NCBI GenBank assembly: GCA_043802485.1
Contig: JAZDKZ010000001.1
Span: 1 to 64,000, forward strand
Direction of reading: 5' to 3'
From: Candidatus Aenigmatarchaeota archaeon
Lineage (GTDB): Archaea > Aenigmatarchaeota > Aenigmatarchaeia > Aenigmatarchaeales > Aenigmatarchaeaceae
Length of the DNA stretch: 64,000 bases
Part shown: positions 38,641 through 46,910 of the stretch, piece after piece
Numbering within the stretch: position 1 is the first letter of the stretch
Layout: each line of letters begins with the position of its first letter
Notes under the pieces: generated by a model
What the model saw: the letters and a program-made list of their open reading frames with translations, nothing else
Told to the model about the DNA's origin: nothing
Database searches by the model: none
Position numbers and translations under genes: made by a program

Positions 38641-40165
38641 TTGGGTCGGACTTGCAGAAATGATACCAACAGTCATTAGTCCTACAGGAAAACTGACTTT
38701 CAGAGAAAAGGCCAAATGGACGCTGATAATACTTGTCATGTTCTTCGTTTTAGGCTCCATAACCGTATGGGGCATAAACCCTGACGCAGTCGCCCAGTTC
38801 GAGTTTCTGGAAATCGTCTTCGGTTCTAAATTCGGTTCGATAATAACGCTCGGTATCGGACCAATCGTAACATCATCTATAATACTTCAGCTCATAGTGG
38901 GCAGCGGCATAATAAACTGGAACCAGCAGACAGAGGAAGGCAAGAAAAAGTTCAGCGCAGCGCAGAAGATATTGACTATTTTATTCTGTATTATACAGGG
39001 AATCGCATATGTTGTCGCAGGGGCAGTGCCTCCGGTAAGCCCCGACATGGTCACTACTGCTTTCGTCATACTGCAGCTAACAGTGGGTGGAATAGTGATA
39101 ATGTACATGGACGAGGTCGTGTCCAAGTGGGGCTTTGGCTCAGGAGTTTCCCTGTTCATAGCAGCCGGTGTGGCCAAGACGATAATGCTCAGGACTTTCA
39201 ACCCGTTGAGCCAGGCCGGAGCCTTTCCAGACCTGAGCATCGGCGAGATTCCTGCAGGGATAATACCTGGTTTCATAGCGTCTTTCATGGACGGCAACCC
39301 GGCATTCCTGTCGCTGCTACCTCTGGTAGCTACTCTAGTGGTCTTCATTGTTACTGTCTACATACAGGACGTGAGGGTAGAGGTGCCCATGGCATTCTCA
39401 ATGCCTTTCGGCAAGTTTGCGGCAAGAAGATGGCCCTTGAAATTCCTTTACACGTCCAACATACCGGTCATTCTTGCGGCTGCTGTGATTGCCAACATGC
39501 AGGTGCTGGGCAAGATACTTTCCCAAAGAGGCATCACTATTTTAGGAACATATGACGCGCAGGGCTCTGCCACAGGAGGCATGATGTATTACCTGTCCGC
39601 GCCTTCTGGCGAGGTCGGATTAATCATAGTCACAGTATTGGCAAGCATATTCGCGCTGGTTTTCGCCATAATGGCAATAAAGAACCTGAAAAAGTACACA
39701 AAGAGGATGAGCGCTCTGGGCGCCATTACAGGCATAGTCCTAGGATACATCCTGATTTCATACATGGGCATGTCAATACCTGCCACAACAGTTGTCAGAG
39801 CCATGACATACATGATGGTTTTCATAATAGCTTCGGTCATATTCTCGATATTCTGGACCAGCACTGCCGGGATGGACGCAAAGTCTGTGGCAGAACAGTT
39901 CAAGTCATACTCGATAATGATTCCAGGCTTCAGGCACGACCCAAGAATATTCGAAAAGGTCCTGAGCAGGTACATACCTGTTCTTACAATTCTAGGCGGA
40001 GCATTCGTTGGGTTCCTAGCCACGTTTGCAGACCTGACTTCTGCCATAGGCTCTGGTACAGGTATCCTGCTTACAGTTATGATTGTCTATCAGTTCTATG
40101 AGCAGATAATGCAGCAGCACGGCGACGACATACCGCCTTCAATAAGGAAATTCCTAGGTGCCTGA
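38633..40165 (+). CDS. secY: Protein translocase subunit SecY
   Basis: LGIGPIVTSSIILQL, SKWGFGSGVSLFIA, YTSNIPVIL, GSGTGILL. Confidence 0.96.
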   Translation: MFDWVGLAEMIPTVISPTGKLTFREKAKWTLIILVMFFVLGSITVWGINPDAVAQFEFLEIVFGSKFGSIITLGIGPIVTSSIILQLIVGSGIINWNQQTEEGKKKFSAAQKILTILFCIIQGIAYVVAGAVPPVSPDMVTTAFVILQLTVGGIVIMYMDEVVSKWGFGSGVSLFIAAGVAKTIMLRTFNPLSQAGAFPDLSIGEIPAGIIPGFIASFMDGNPAFLSLLPLVATLVVFIVTVYIQDVRVEVPMAFSMPFGKFAARRWPLKFLYTSNIPVILAAAVIANMQVLGKILSQRGITILGTYDAQGSATGGMMYYLSAPSGEVGLIIVTVLASIFALVFAIMAIKNLKKYTKRMSALGAITGIVLGYILISYMGMSIPATTVVRAMTYMMVFIIASVIFSIFWTSTAGMDAKSVAEQFKSYSIMIPGFRHDPRIFEKVLSRYIPVLTILGGAFVGFLATFADLTSAIGSGTGILLTVMIVYQFYEQIMQQHGDDIPPSIRKFLGA

Positions 40166-40807
40166 ATGAGACTGATTCTTTTAGGGATAAGATGTTCTGG
40201 CAAGGGTACTTGCGCCTCAAGGCTGAGCTCCAAGTTGGGAATACCCCACATATCAACAGGCGAGATATTCAGGTCCAACATAAGTAAGGGAACCCTCTTG
40301 GGGAAGATGACAAAGGAAATTTACAACAAGGGAGGGCTCGTGCCGGATGACATAACGCTTGAGGTTGTTGGGAAAAGGCTGAAAGAACCTGACTGCAAAA
40401 ACGGCTTCATACTGGACGGTTTTCCAAGGACAGTTAATCAGGCCAAAGGTCTAGAGGAGATGGAGAAGATAGACCATGTAATCTATCTTGATGTTGATGA
40501 GGACATTGTTTTGAAGAGGCTCTTGTCAAGAGTTGTGTGCAAGGAATGTGGTGATATTTACAACACTGAACTGATGAAGCCCAAAAAGGAAGGCGTGTGC
40601 GACAAGTGCGGAGCCGAACTGCACCAGAAGGCTGACGACAAGCCAGAAGCAGCAAAACACAGGATTGAAGAGGATGATAAAAATTTAAAACCCTTGATGG
40701 AATACTATAAAGACAAGGGAATACTTAGAATCATCGGATGCGAGAAGGTGGATCTGGACCCTGATATTTTAATAAGCAGAATAATGGAAAAAATAAAGGT
40801 GGAATGA
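40166..40807 (+). CDS. adk: Adenylate kinase, bacterial-type with Zn-binding LID
   Basis: SGKGT, HISTGEIFR, ILDGFPRT, CKECG...CDKCG. Confidence 0.9.
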   Translation: MRLILLGIRCSGKGTCASRLSSKLGIPHISTGEIFRSNISKGTLLGKMTKEIYNKGGLVPDDITLEVVGKRLKEPDCKNGFILDGFPRTVNQAKGLEEMEKIDHVIYLDVDEDIVLKRLLSRVVCKECGDIYNTELMKPKKEGVCDKCGAELHQKADDKPEAAKHRIEEDDKNLKPLMEYYKDKGILRIIGCEKVDLDPDILISRIMEKIKVE

Positions 40808-40808
40808 T

Positions 40809-41378
40809 ATGGAAAGAACATTTGTGATGGTAAAGCCTGACGGCATGAGAGGCAAGCTTGCAGGCGATATAATAAAGAGATATCACGAGGCCGGTCTGAG
40901 GATAGTTGGCATGAAAGTCGTTTTTCCTGACAGGGAACTGGCAGAAAAGCACTATCCTTGCCATGACGCGCAAATCATTGGCATGGGCAAAAGAACGAAA
41001 GAGTCTCTGGAAGAATTAGGCAGGACAGAGGACATGTATGACATGTTCAACAGCGACAATCCAAGGGAGATAGGTCTTATCCTCCGCCAGTGGCTGATAG
41101 AGTATGTGACATCCCATCCTGTAATTGCGATGGTTCTTGAGGGGGACAATGCGATAAAGTCGGTCAGGAAGCTTACAGGTTCCACCATACCGGCAAAGGC
41201 GGAGAAGGGAACCATTAGGGGCGACTTGGGATGCGACACAGCCGAAAAGGCCAACGATGAAAGGCGCGCCATAGAAAACTTGGTCCATGCATCAGGAAGC
41301 CTTGATGAAGCGCAAAGGGAAATAGATTTATGGTTTAGGGAAGAAGAGATAATAAGCTACGAGGGTGCAAAAGAATGA
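40809..41378 (+). CDS. ndk: Nucleoside diphosphate kinase
   Basis: ERTFVMVKPDG, GTIRGD, NLVHASGS. Confidence 0.93.
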   Translation: MERTFVMVKPDGMRGKLAGDIIKRYHEAGLRIVGMKVVFPDRELAEKHYPCHDAQIIGMGKRTKESLEELGRTEDMYDMFNSDNPREIGLILRQWLIEYVTSHPVIAMVLEGDNAIKSVRKLTGSTIPAKAEKGTIRGDLGCDTAEKANDERRAIENLVHASGSLDEAQREIDLWFREEEIISYEGAKE

Positions 41379-41809
41379 GTCTTATAGGTTTGCCGGTCGC
41401 GATAGAGGAGCTTTTGCTAGTTGCTGGCATACTTTTCATGTCATCATTGATTTACAAGTTCCTTCTGGATCATGAAAAGCTGAAGGAGCTAAAGACCAAG
41501 CAGAAGGAAAAGCAGGACAGGCTGAAGGAGATTCAGAAGACCAATCCCGAAGAGGCTAATCAGGTCATGAATGAGATGCTGAAGCTTTCGCAGAAGCAGA
41601 TGAAGATGACGATGAAGCCCATGATAGTGAGCCTTGTGATATTCATAATCGTGCTTCCGGTGATGCCCAACCTTTTTCCAGGTATTGTGGTCAACCTGCC
41701 GTTCACCCTGCCCTACTTTGGTAGCGATTTCGGTTGGATGGCATGGTATTTTATACTTTCATTACCATTAAATTCAATCTTCAGAAAGATGCTGGGTGTT
41801 GAACTATGA
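41375..41809 (+). CDS. DUF106/EMC3/TMCO1 (Oxa1 superfamily) membrane protein
   Basis: TM-coiled coil-TM layout, MKPM, GWMAWYF; usual position after adk. Confidence 0.85.
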   Translation: MSLIGLPVAIEELLLVAGILFMSSLIYKFLLDHEKLKELKTKQKEKQDRLKEIQKTNPEEANQVMNEMLKLSQKQMKMTMKPMIVSLVIFIIVLPVMPNLFPGIVVNLPFTLPYFGSDFGWMAWYFILSLPLNSIFRKMLGVEL

Positions 41810-42051
41810 GAAACAACAAATCGATTAGAAAGATAAGCAGAAAGGCTTCAGGCGGCAGGACAGTCGTGCACACGAAGAAGAAAAAGCCAGAGTATGTGCT
41901 GTGCTACAAGTGTGGGGCAAAACTCAACAGGCCCAAGCTGAACAGTGCAGAGATAAAAAAGCTGCCCAAGACCAAGAGAAGGCCGCAGAGGCCGTTCCCA
42001 GAGTTATGCTCAAAGTGCATGAGGAACAAAATAAAGAGTATGGTGAAATAA
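41806..42051 (+). CDS. rpl34e: Ribosomal protein eL34
   Basis: GGRTVVH, CYKCG, RPQRPFPELCSKCMR. Confidence 0.9.
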   Translation: MRNNKSIRKISRKASGGRTVVHTKKKKPEYVLCYKCGAKLNRPKLNSAEIKKLPKTKRRPQRPFPELCSKCMRNKIKSMVK

Positions 42052-42366
42052 ATGCTGAACGAAGGAAGGATTGTACTAAAGATAGCAGGCAGGGAAGCCG
42101 GCAAATATGCTGTTATAGTTGAGAATTCTAACGACGGTTTCGTCATGATAACCGGGCCAAAGGCCGTCACAGGCGTGAAGAGAAGGAAATGTAATGTCGA
42201 ACACATCGAGCCGACCGAGCATGTTTTGGAAATCGGGGCAAAGGCTGATGACGCTTCTGTTGAAAAGGTCTGGAGGAACTCTGAGCTGATAAAGACGCTG
42301 GAGATAAAGATTCCGGAGAAGAGAGAGTTCAAGAAGAAAGAGAAGCCTGTTGCGAAGAAGAAATAG
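42052..42366 (+). CDS. rpl14e: Ribosomal protein eL14
   Basis: GRIVLKIAGREAGK, TGVKRRKCNVEHIEPT. Confidence 0.93.
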   Translation: MLNEGRIVLKIAGREAGKYAVIVENSNDGFVMITGPKAVTGVKRRKCNVEHIEPTEHVLEIGAKADDASVEKVWRNSELIKTLEIKIPEKREFKKKEKPVAKKK

Positions 42367-42378
42367 AAGTTTTTAATT

Positions 42379-42894
42379 CTAAACTTTTGTTAGTATCTGT
42401 TTTATTGATGCTTCTAATAATTTTCTATGTATTTTCATATACTGACTTTCCAGTGCGTTATATTCTTTATGATATTTTGTTGAGATTCCATTTTTCTTGT
42501 CGATGAAAAGAGAGAAATTGCCATCTATATTCATTATGTTCACATTATTCGGACAATAATCCTCTTTAAAATACAATACATTTACTTGATGGAAGGGGGC
42601 CACGTCTACTCTCGGAATAATAACACCTTTTACAAGTTGCCATCTATCTTCAAGTATGAAGCCAGGTCTCCAACTTAGGTTATAAGGATAACATATCATT
42701 TTTCCTGCATATTCAAAATTTTCTATTTCTTTCTCATCAAACATGTGTTTATTTTTTAAAGCAAAGTCATTTAATACTTTTTTGGCTAGTCCCATTTCTT
42801 GATTTTGTGAAAGCTCCTGTGCTACATTGAGTACAGGTTCTAGTCTAGGATATATTTCTCGAGTAAACTTTGAATAGTATTTTTCATCTGCCAT
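42379..42894 (-). CDS. Hypothetical protein (AT-rich)
   Basis: 171-aa ORF; no recognised motif. Confidence 0.55.
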   Translation of the reverse strand: MADEKYYSKFTREIYPRLEPVLNVAQELSQNQEMGLAKKVLNDFALKNKHMFDEKEIENFEYAGKMICYPYNLSWRPGFILEDRWQLVKGVIIPRVDVAPFHQVNVLYFKEDYCPNNVNIMNIDGNFSLFIDKKNGISTKYHKEYNALESQYMKIHRKLLEASIKQILTKV

Positions 42895-42947
42895 AAAAAG
42901 TATAAGTTAGAAAATAATTTAAATGGATACAAATTGATAGTTCTATT

Positions 42948-43163
42948 ATGAAGTTCGAAGAATTCGAAAAAAGGATTCGAGAGATGGGCTACGGCATAGC
43001 CGCCATGAACCATTACATTTTTGGAGGCAAGAATTATACTTATTGCGTTGTTCTCGGCAAGAATGACAAGGCCTTCCAGGCCGAGGGCGAGAGTTCTGAA
43101 AAAGTTTTTGAAATGATAATCAACAAGATAATGAAACACAGAGAATCTACAAAACTGAATTAA
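42948..43163 (+). CDS. Small hypothetical protein
   Basis: 71-aa ORF after TTTAAA. Confidence 0.5.
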   Translation: MKFEEFEKRIREMGYGIAAMNHYIFGGKNYTYCVVLGKNDKAFQAEGESSEKVFEMIINKIMKHRESTKLN

Positions 43164-43186
43164 TCTATTGGAATTAAACAACGTGC

Positions 43187-44710
43187 TTACAACCCATTCT
43201 TCGCATAGTACCGGTTCAGCATTCTTTCTGTTGCCTTTAGAGCTGAATTTGTTTGGTCGGGATCCACCCCGGTAGTCTTGAGTATAACACCACTGTTGTC
43301 TTTCCATGTTATCAAGGTCTTGACCAATGCGTTTGTGCTCCCACCTTTTGGTATGGAGGATGAATAGTCTACGAGCTTTGGCATCTCCCCCAGGTTAAAG
43401 GGTTCCAAGGCTTTTTTTAATGCGTTCATCATTGCGTCAAAGCCACCGTTCCCTTCCCCATATTCGCTCAAATCATTTCCATCATAATTGAGATTCAATA
43501 CACCCTCGGCTGTAACACCCTTGCCTGTAACAGTCATGTTAAAATATATATCGAACATCTTTTTCTCGGGCTCGCCGATGACGTCGTCCAATATGAAAGG
43601 GAGGTCGTCTTCGGTGACATTCTCCTTCCTGTCAGATATATCTTTTACCTTCTCAAGTATCTGGGACACTAGCCTTTTGTCTGGGTCAACGCCCATTGAC
43701 TTTAGGTGCATCTCTATTGTGGCCTTGCCACTGTGCTTGTCCAGAGCGTAACCATATTCCCTGCCGAATCTTTCGGGGCCGAGTTCGCTTGCATAGAGGC
43801 CTTTCTTTGCCATGCCGTCAGCATGAACGCCGCAATCGTGCATAAAGGCGTTCTTCCCGACAATAGGCATGTTCCTTGGTATCTCGACCTGCGACAGTCT
43901 GGACACCAGCTTGCTCAGAGGGTAGAGTTTTTTCTCGTCAACGCCTGTCTCCTTTTTGGCAATGTCGTGAAGGCCTACAACAACCTCGTGCAGTGGGGCG
44001 TTTCCCGCCCTCTCGCCCATGCCGTTGACAGTGGTGTGGACGCCGCTGCAGCCTCCCTCCACTGCCGCCAATGCGTTCGCGGTCGCAAGGCCATGATCGT
44101 TATGTCCATGATAGTCAAAAAATAATTCAGGATATTTTCTGGCCATACTCTTGGCGTTTCTCTTTGCGGTGGCCGGGCTGTCTATGCCAAGGGTATCGCA
44201 GAGCATTATCCTGCCCGCTTTTCCTTTCACGTTTTTGACAAGGCTGTCAATATAAGCCGGGTTCTCTTTTATGCCGCTGCTAAAGTGCTCCAGGTAGAGA
44301 TTTGTTTTCATGCCGCTGTCTTCCGCATAGTCGAGGACCTTGAGCACGCTTTGCTCGTGCTCGTCCGGCGTCATGTTTAGCTGCGAGAGCTGCCTTTTCG
44401 AGCCCTTTGACAGTACGTTGACTGTCTCGAGTCCGGCATCATTTGCCCAGTCCACTGAATCCTTTGACAGAAGGACCAGGCACTCCAGCTTGTTGACGGG
44501 ATACGACATGTCCTTGAATTTTTTCACAACGTATCTTGCCGCCTCAAACTCGCCCCTGGATACATTGGCGCTTGCTATCTCCTCCCTGTCCACTCCCGCG
44601 TCTATCGCTGCCCTAGCTATCGCGAGCTTGTCCTTCGGGTCGTACGAGACGCCCTGCATCTGCTCGCCGTCTCTGAGGGTGGTGTCGATGATAGTTATCC
44701 TGCTTTTCAT
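43187..44710 (-). CDS. cimA: Citramalate synthase / 2-isopropylmalate synthase family, Leptospira/Bacteroidota CimA-like
   Basis: DTTLRDGEQ, HGHNDHG, NGMGERAGN, GVHADG, PERFGR, DLPFI, GFDAMMNAL, GVDPDQT. Confidence 0.75.
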   Translation of the reverse strand: MKSRITIIDTTLRDGEQMQGVSYDPKDKLAIARAAIDAGVDREEIASANVSRGEFEAARYVVKKFKDMSYPVNKLECLVLLSKDSVDWANDAGLETVNVLSKGSKRQLSQLNMTPDEHEQSVLKVLDYAEDSGMKTNLYLEHFSSGIKENPAYIDSLVKNVKGKAGRIMLCDTLGIDSPATAKRNAKSMARKYPELFFDYHGHNDHGLATANALAAVEGGCSGVHTTVNGMGERAGNAPLHEVVVGLHDIAKKETGVDEKKLYPLSKLVSRLSQVEIPRNMPIVGKNAFMHDCGVHADGMAKKGLYASELGPERFGREYGYALDKHSGKATIEMHLKSMGVDPDKRLVSQILEKVKDISDRKENVTEDDLPFILDDVIGEPEKKMFDIYFNMTVTGKGVTAEGVLNLNYDGNDLSEYGEGNGGFDAMMNALKKALEPFNLGEMPKLVDYSSSIPKGGSTNALVKTLITWKDNSGVILKTTGVDPDQTNSALKATERMLNRYYAKNGL

Positions 44711-44746
44711 AGAATCACTTTCGAAAAGAAGAGAGCAATGGAATTT

Positions 44747-44806
44747 CTACTGTATAATAATGCGTCTGGTTGTTTCAAAGAAGGTTGGTATTATTGCTGT
44801 CTTCAT
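44747..44806 (-). promoter_or_regulatory. Putative Ile-rich leader peptide (MKTAIIPTFFETTRRIIIQ) upstream of cimA
   Basis: ATG 44806 to TAG 44747; TATA-like AATAAATA 22 nt upstream; 36 nt to the cimA start. Confidence 0.6.
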
Positions 44807-44970
44807 AATGAAATATTGTAGGGAAAAGTATTTATTGATAGTTTTTTGGTTATATGAAAATAACCCTATATAACATCCGGATAGTCTTAACTGGGTTCTG
44901 AAAAGTGCCAATTGACTGGAATTTTATACAAATTTGTGGGATTTTTAAGGTGTGTTCACAAAGTCTGTTT

Positions 44971-45641
44971 ATGAGATTACTAGTAGTTTTTATGGTTTTA
45001 TCAGTGCTTCTTGTTTCTGGTTGTATCTCGTCAAACGATAAGGCATATTATGATAAGTTCAAAGACCAAACTTGAGTTATTCTTGGGACTTTAATGAGAC
45101 TCTTTGTAATGATTGTGGAGGTTACACGATTAATTCTACATATTTTCAATTAAAAAAGTATAACAAAATAGATGAATTTGGAATGTATTTTTATAATTGG
45201 TTTTGCGGGAAAGTTCCTTATAAAATACAATACAAGCATGAAGAAGGACATATCTATACTAATCAACTGTTAAATGTAGAGAATTATGTTGGTACTTCTG
45301 AAAATCCCCTAGACAATTTTTGTGAATTTCAACATGATAATTCTAATCTTTCTATTACTACTAATGATTTTTTAACAAATTTTTGTGTACCTGTTTCAGA
45401 AGGTATAGCAGATTATCACTTGAAAACATATTTCAACAATAGCACAAGTGATGATTATTTTAAGTGTATTGAAAAAATATACAAACAACATTACCAAGGG
45501 CTCAGGTTCGTTGAATATGCCTTGGATAAAAAGCTATACTCTAATCTTACTGATTTAATTCTGGACTTGTTCTCAGTTATACAATACGACTATTATAAAG
45601 AATTTACGAATACTCTTCCAGACAGTCTTACTATATACTAA
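44971..45641 (+). pseudogene. Frameshifted lipoprotein-like gene
   Basis: MRLLVVFMVLSVLLVSGC lipobox frame stops at 45075; the 189-aa body continues in another frame; one extra A at 45068-45070 would fuse them. Confidence 0.6.
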
Positions 45642-45723
45642 TTCCAACACCTTCAACCTTATTCTGCCCTAGGCGGAGGCAGTGAGAAATCAAGCATATA
45701 AAAAACAAAGATAATTCTATATC

Positions 45724-46650
45724 ATGGGCTGGCTGATAAAAAAGCACGAGGCGTCCCTGACCGATTATGGATGCTATCCTGGCGCAAGGCCGTTGAAGGA
45801 ATACGTAAACAACGGCATAACAGTTCTTGACAAGCCGTCGGGTCCGACGTCCAACCAGGTAGATACTTGGGTCAAGGAGATTCTGAAAATAGATAAATGC
45901 TCCCACGCCGGCACCTTGGATCCGAGAGCGACGGGCGTCCTTGTCATTGCATTGGAGAACGCGACAAAATTGATGCCCATTATGCTTTCGGTCAAAAAGG
46001 AATACGTCGGCATAATGTATCTGCACGAGGACGTTGATGAGAAGAAGATAAGAAAGGTCTTCAAGGACTTTGTAGGAAAGGTAAAGCAGCTGCCGCCACT
46101 GAAATCGGCGGTCGCAAGAAGAGTAAGGGAAAGGGAAATTTATTATCTTGAGATTCTGGAAATAGACGGAAGGAACATACTCTTCAAGGTCGGTTGCCAA
46201 GCAGGCTTCTACGTGAGACGCCTGGCAGTGGACGTGGGGGAGAAGCTCGGCGTAAAGTCCCATCTCAAGGAATTGAGAAGGACCAAGAGCGGCAACTTCT
46301 CGGAAGATGCTGCCATAACCTTGCAGGACCTGCTCTATGCTGTTGAAGATGACAGAATCAAGGAAGTGGTCCAGCCCATGGAGATAGCCATGGAGTCGGT
46401 CGGCAAGGTAATTATTTCTGACACTTCCGTCGACAACGTGTGCAATGGATCGCCGCTATACACCGGCGGCATAACAAGGCTGGAGGACAGCATCAGGAAG
46501 GGTGACTGGGTCGCTGTTTTCAGTTTGAAAGGGGAGTTAATTGCAATAGGAAAGTCAACAATGAATTCCAAGGACATGGCCAAGAAAAGAGGATTAGCCG
46601 TCAAGATAGACCGGGTGCTGATGAAAATGGGAACCTACCCTAAAGCCTGA
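45724..46650 (+). CDS. cbf5: H/ACA pseudouridine synthase Cbf5/TruB
   Basis: LDKPSGPTS, HAGTLDP, LKELRRTKSG, PUA domain. Confidence 0.94.
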   Translation: MGWLIKKHEASLTDYGCYPGARPLKEYVNNGITVLDKPSGPTSNQVDTWVKEILKIDKCSHAGTLDPRATGVLVIALENATKLMPIMLSVKKEYVGIMYLHEDVDEKKIRKVFKDFVGKVKQLPPLKSAVARRVREREIYYLEILEIDGRNILFKVGCQAGFYVRRLAVDVGEKLGVKSHLKELRRTKSGNFSEDAAITLQDLLYAVEDDRIKEVVQPMEIAMESVGKVIISDTSVDNVCNGSPLYTGGITRLEDSIRKGDWVAVFSLKGELIAIGKSTMNSKDMAKKRGLAVKIDRVLMKMGTYPKA

Positions 46651-46906
46651 AAAGCTCGAAAGCGCTGAAAACCCATTGTAACAACAATACGACCGAGGAC
46701 ACAAGCACGATAGCCAGCCATATGTAGAATATTATCCTGTAGTTGATATTCTTGTCAAGTACGTAGATGGTTGACGAAAAGCCTAGAGTTATTAGAATGA
46801 ATACAAAGCCGATATAATAGTCCTCGGTAAAAACCGCGAGATACGAGGAATACAGCAGCCCGAAAACAACTAGGAACAATATCAGGATTTTTTCAATGGT
46901 TTTCAT
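46640..46906 (-). CDS. Small membrane protein (3 TM)
   Basis: MKTIEKILILFLVV; three hydrophobic segments. Confidence 0.6.
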   Translation of the reverse strand: MKTIEKILILFLVVFGLLYSSYLAVFTEDYYIGFVFILITLGFSSTIYVLDKNINYRIIFYIWLAIVLVSSVVLLLQWVFSAFELFRL

Positions 46907-46910
46907 CTCA

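Noticed and set aside
26500..42366. Antisense and alternate-frame ORFs over ribosomal protein genes
   Set aside because: Expected shadows of Lys/Glu-rich coding sequence.
45664..45682. GC hairpin CTGCC...GGCAG before cbf5 as an H/ACA RNA
   Set aside because: No K-turn, pseudouridylation pocket or correctly spaced ACA was found.
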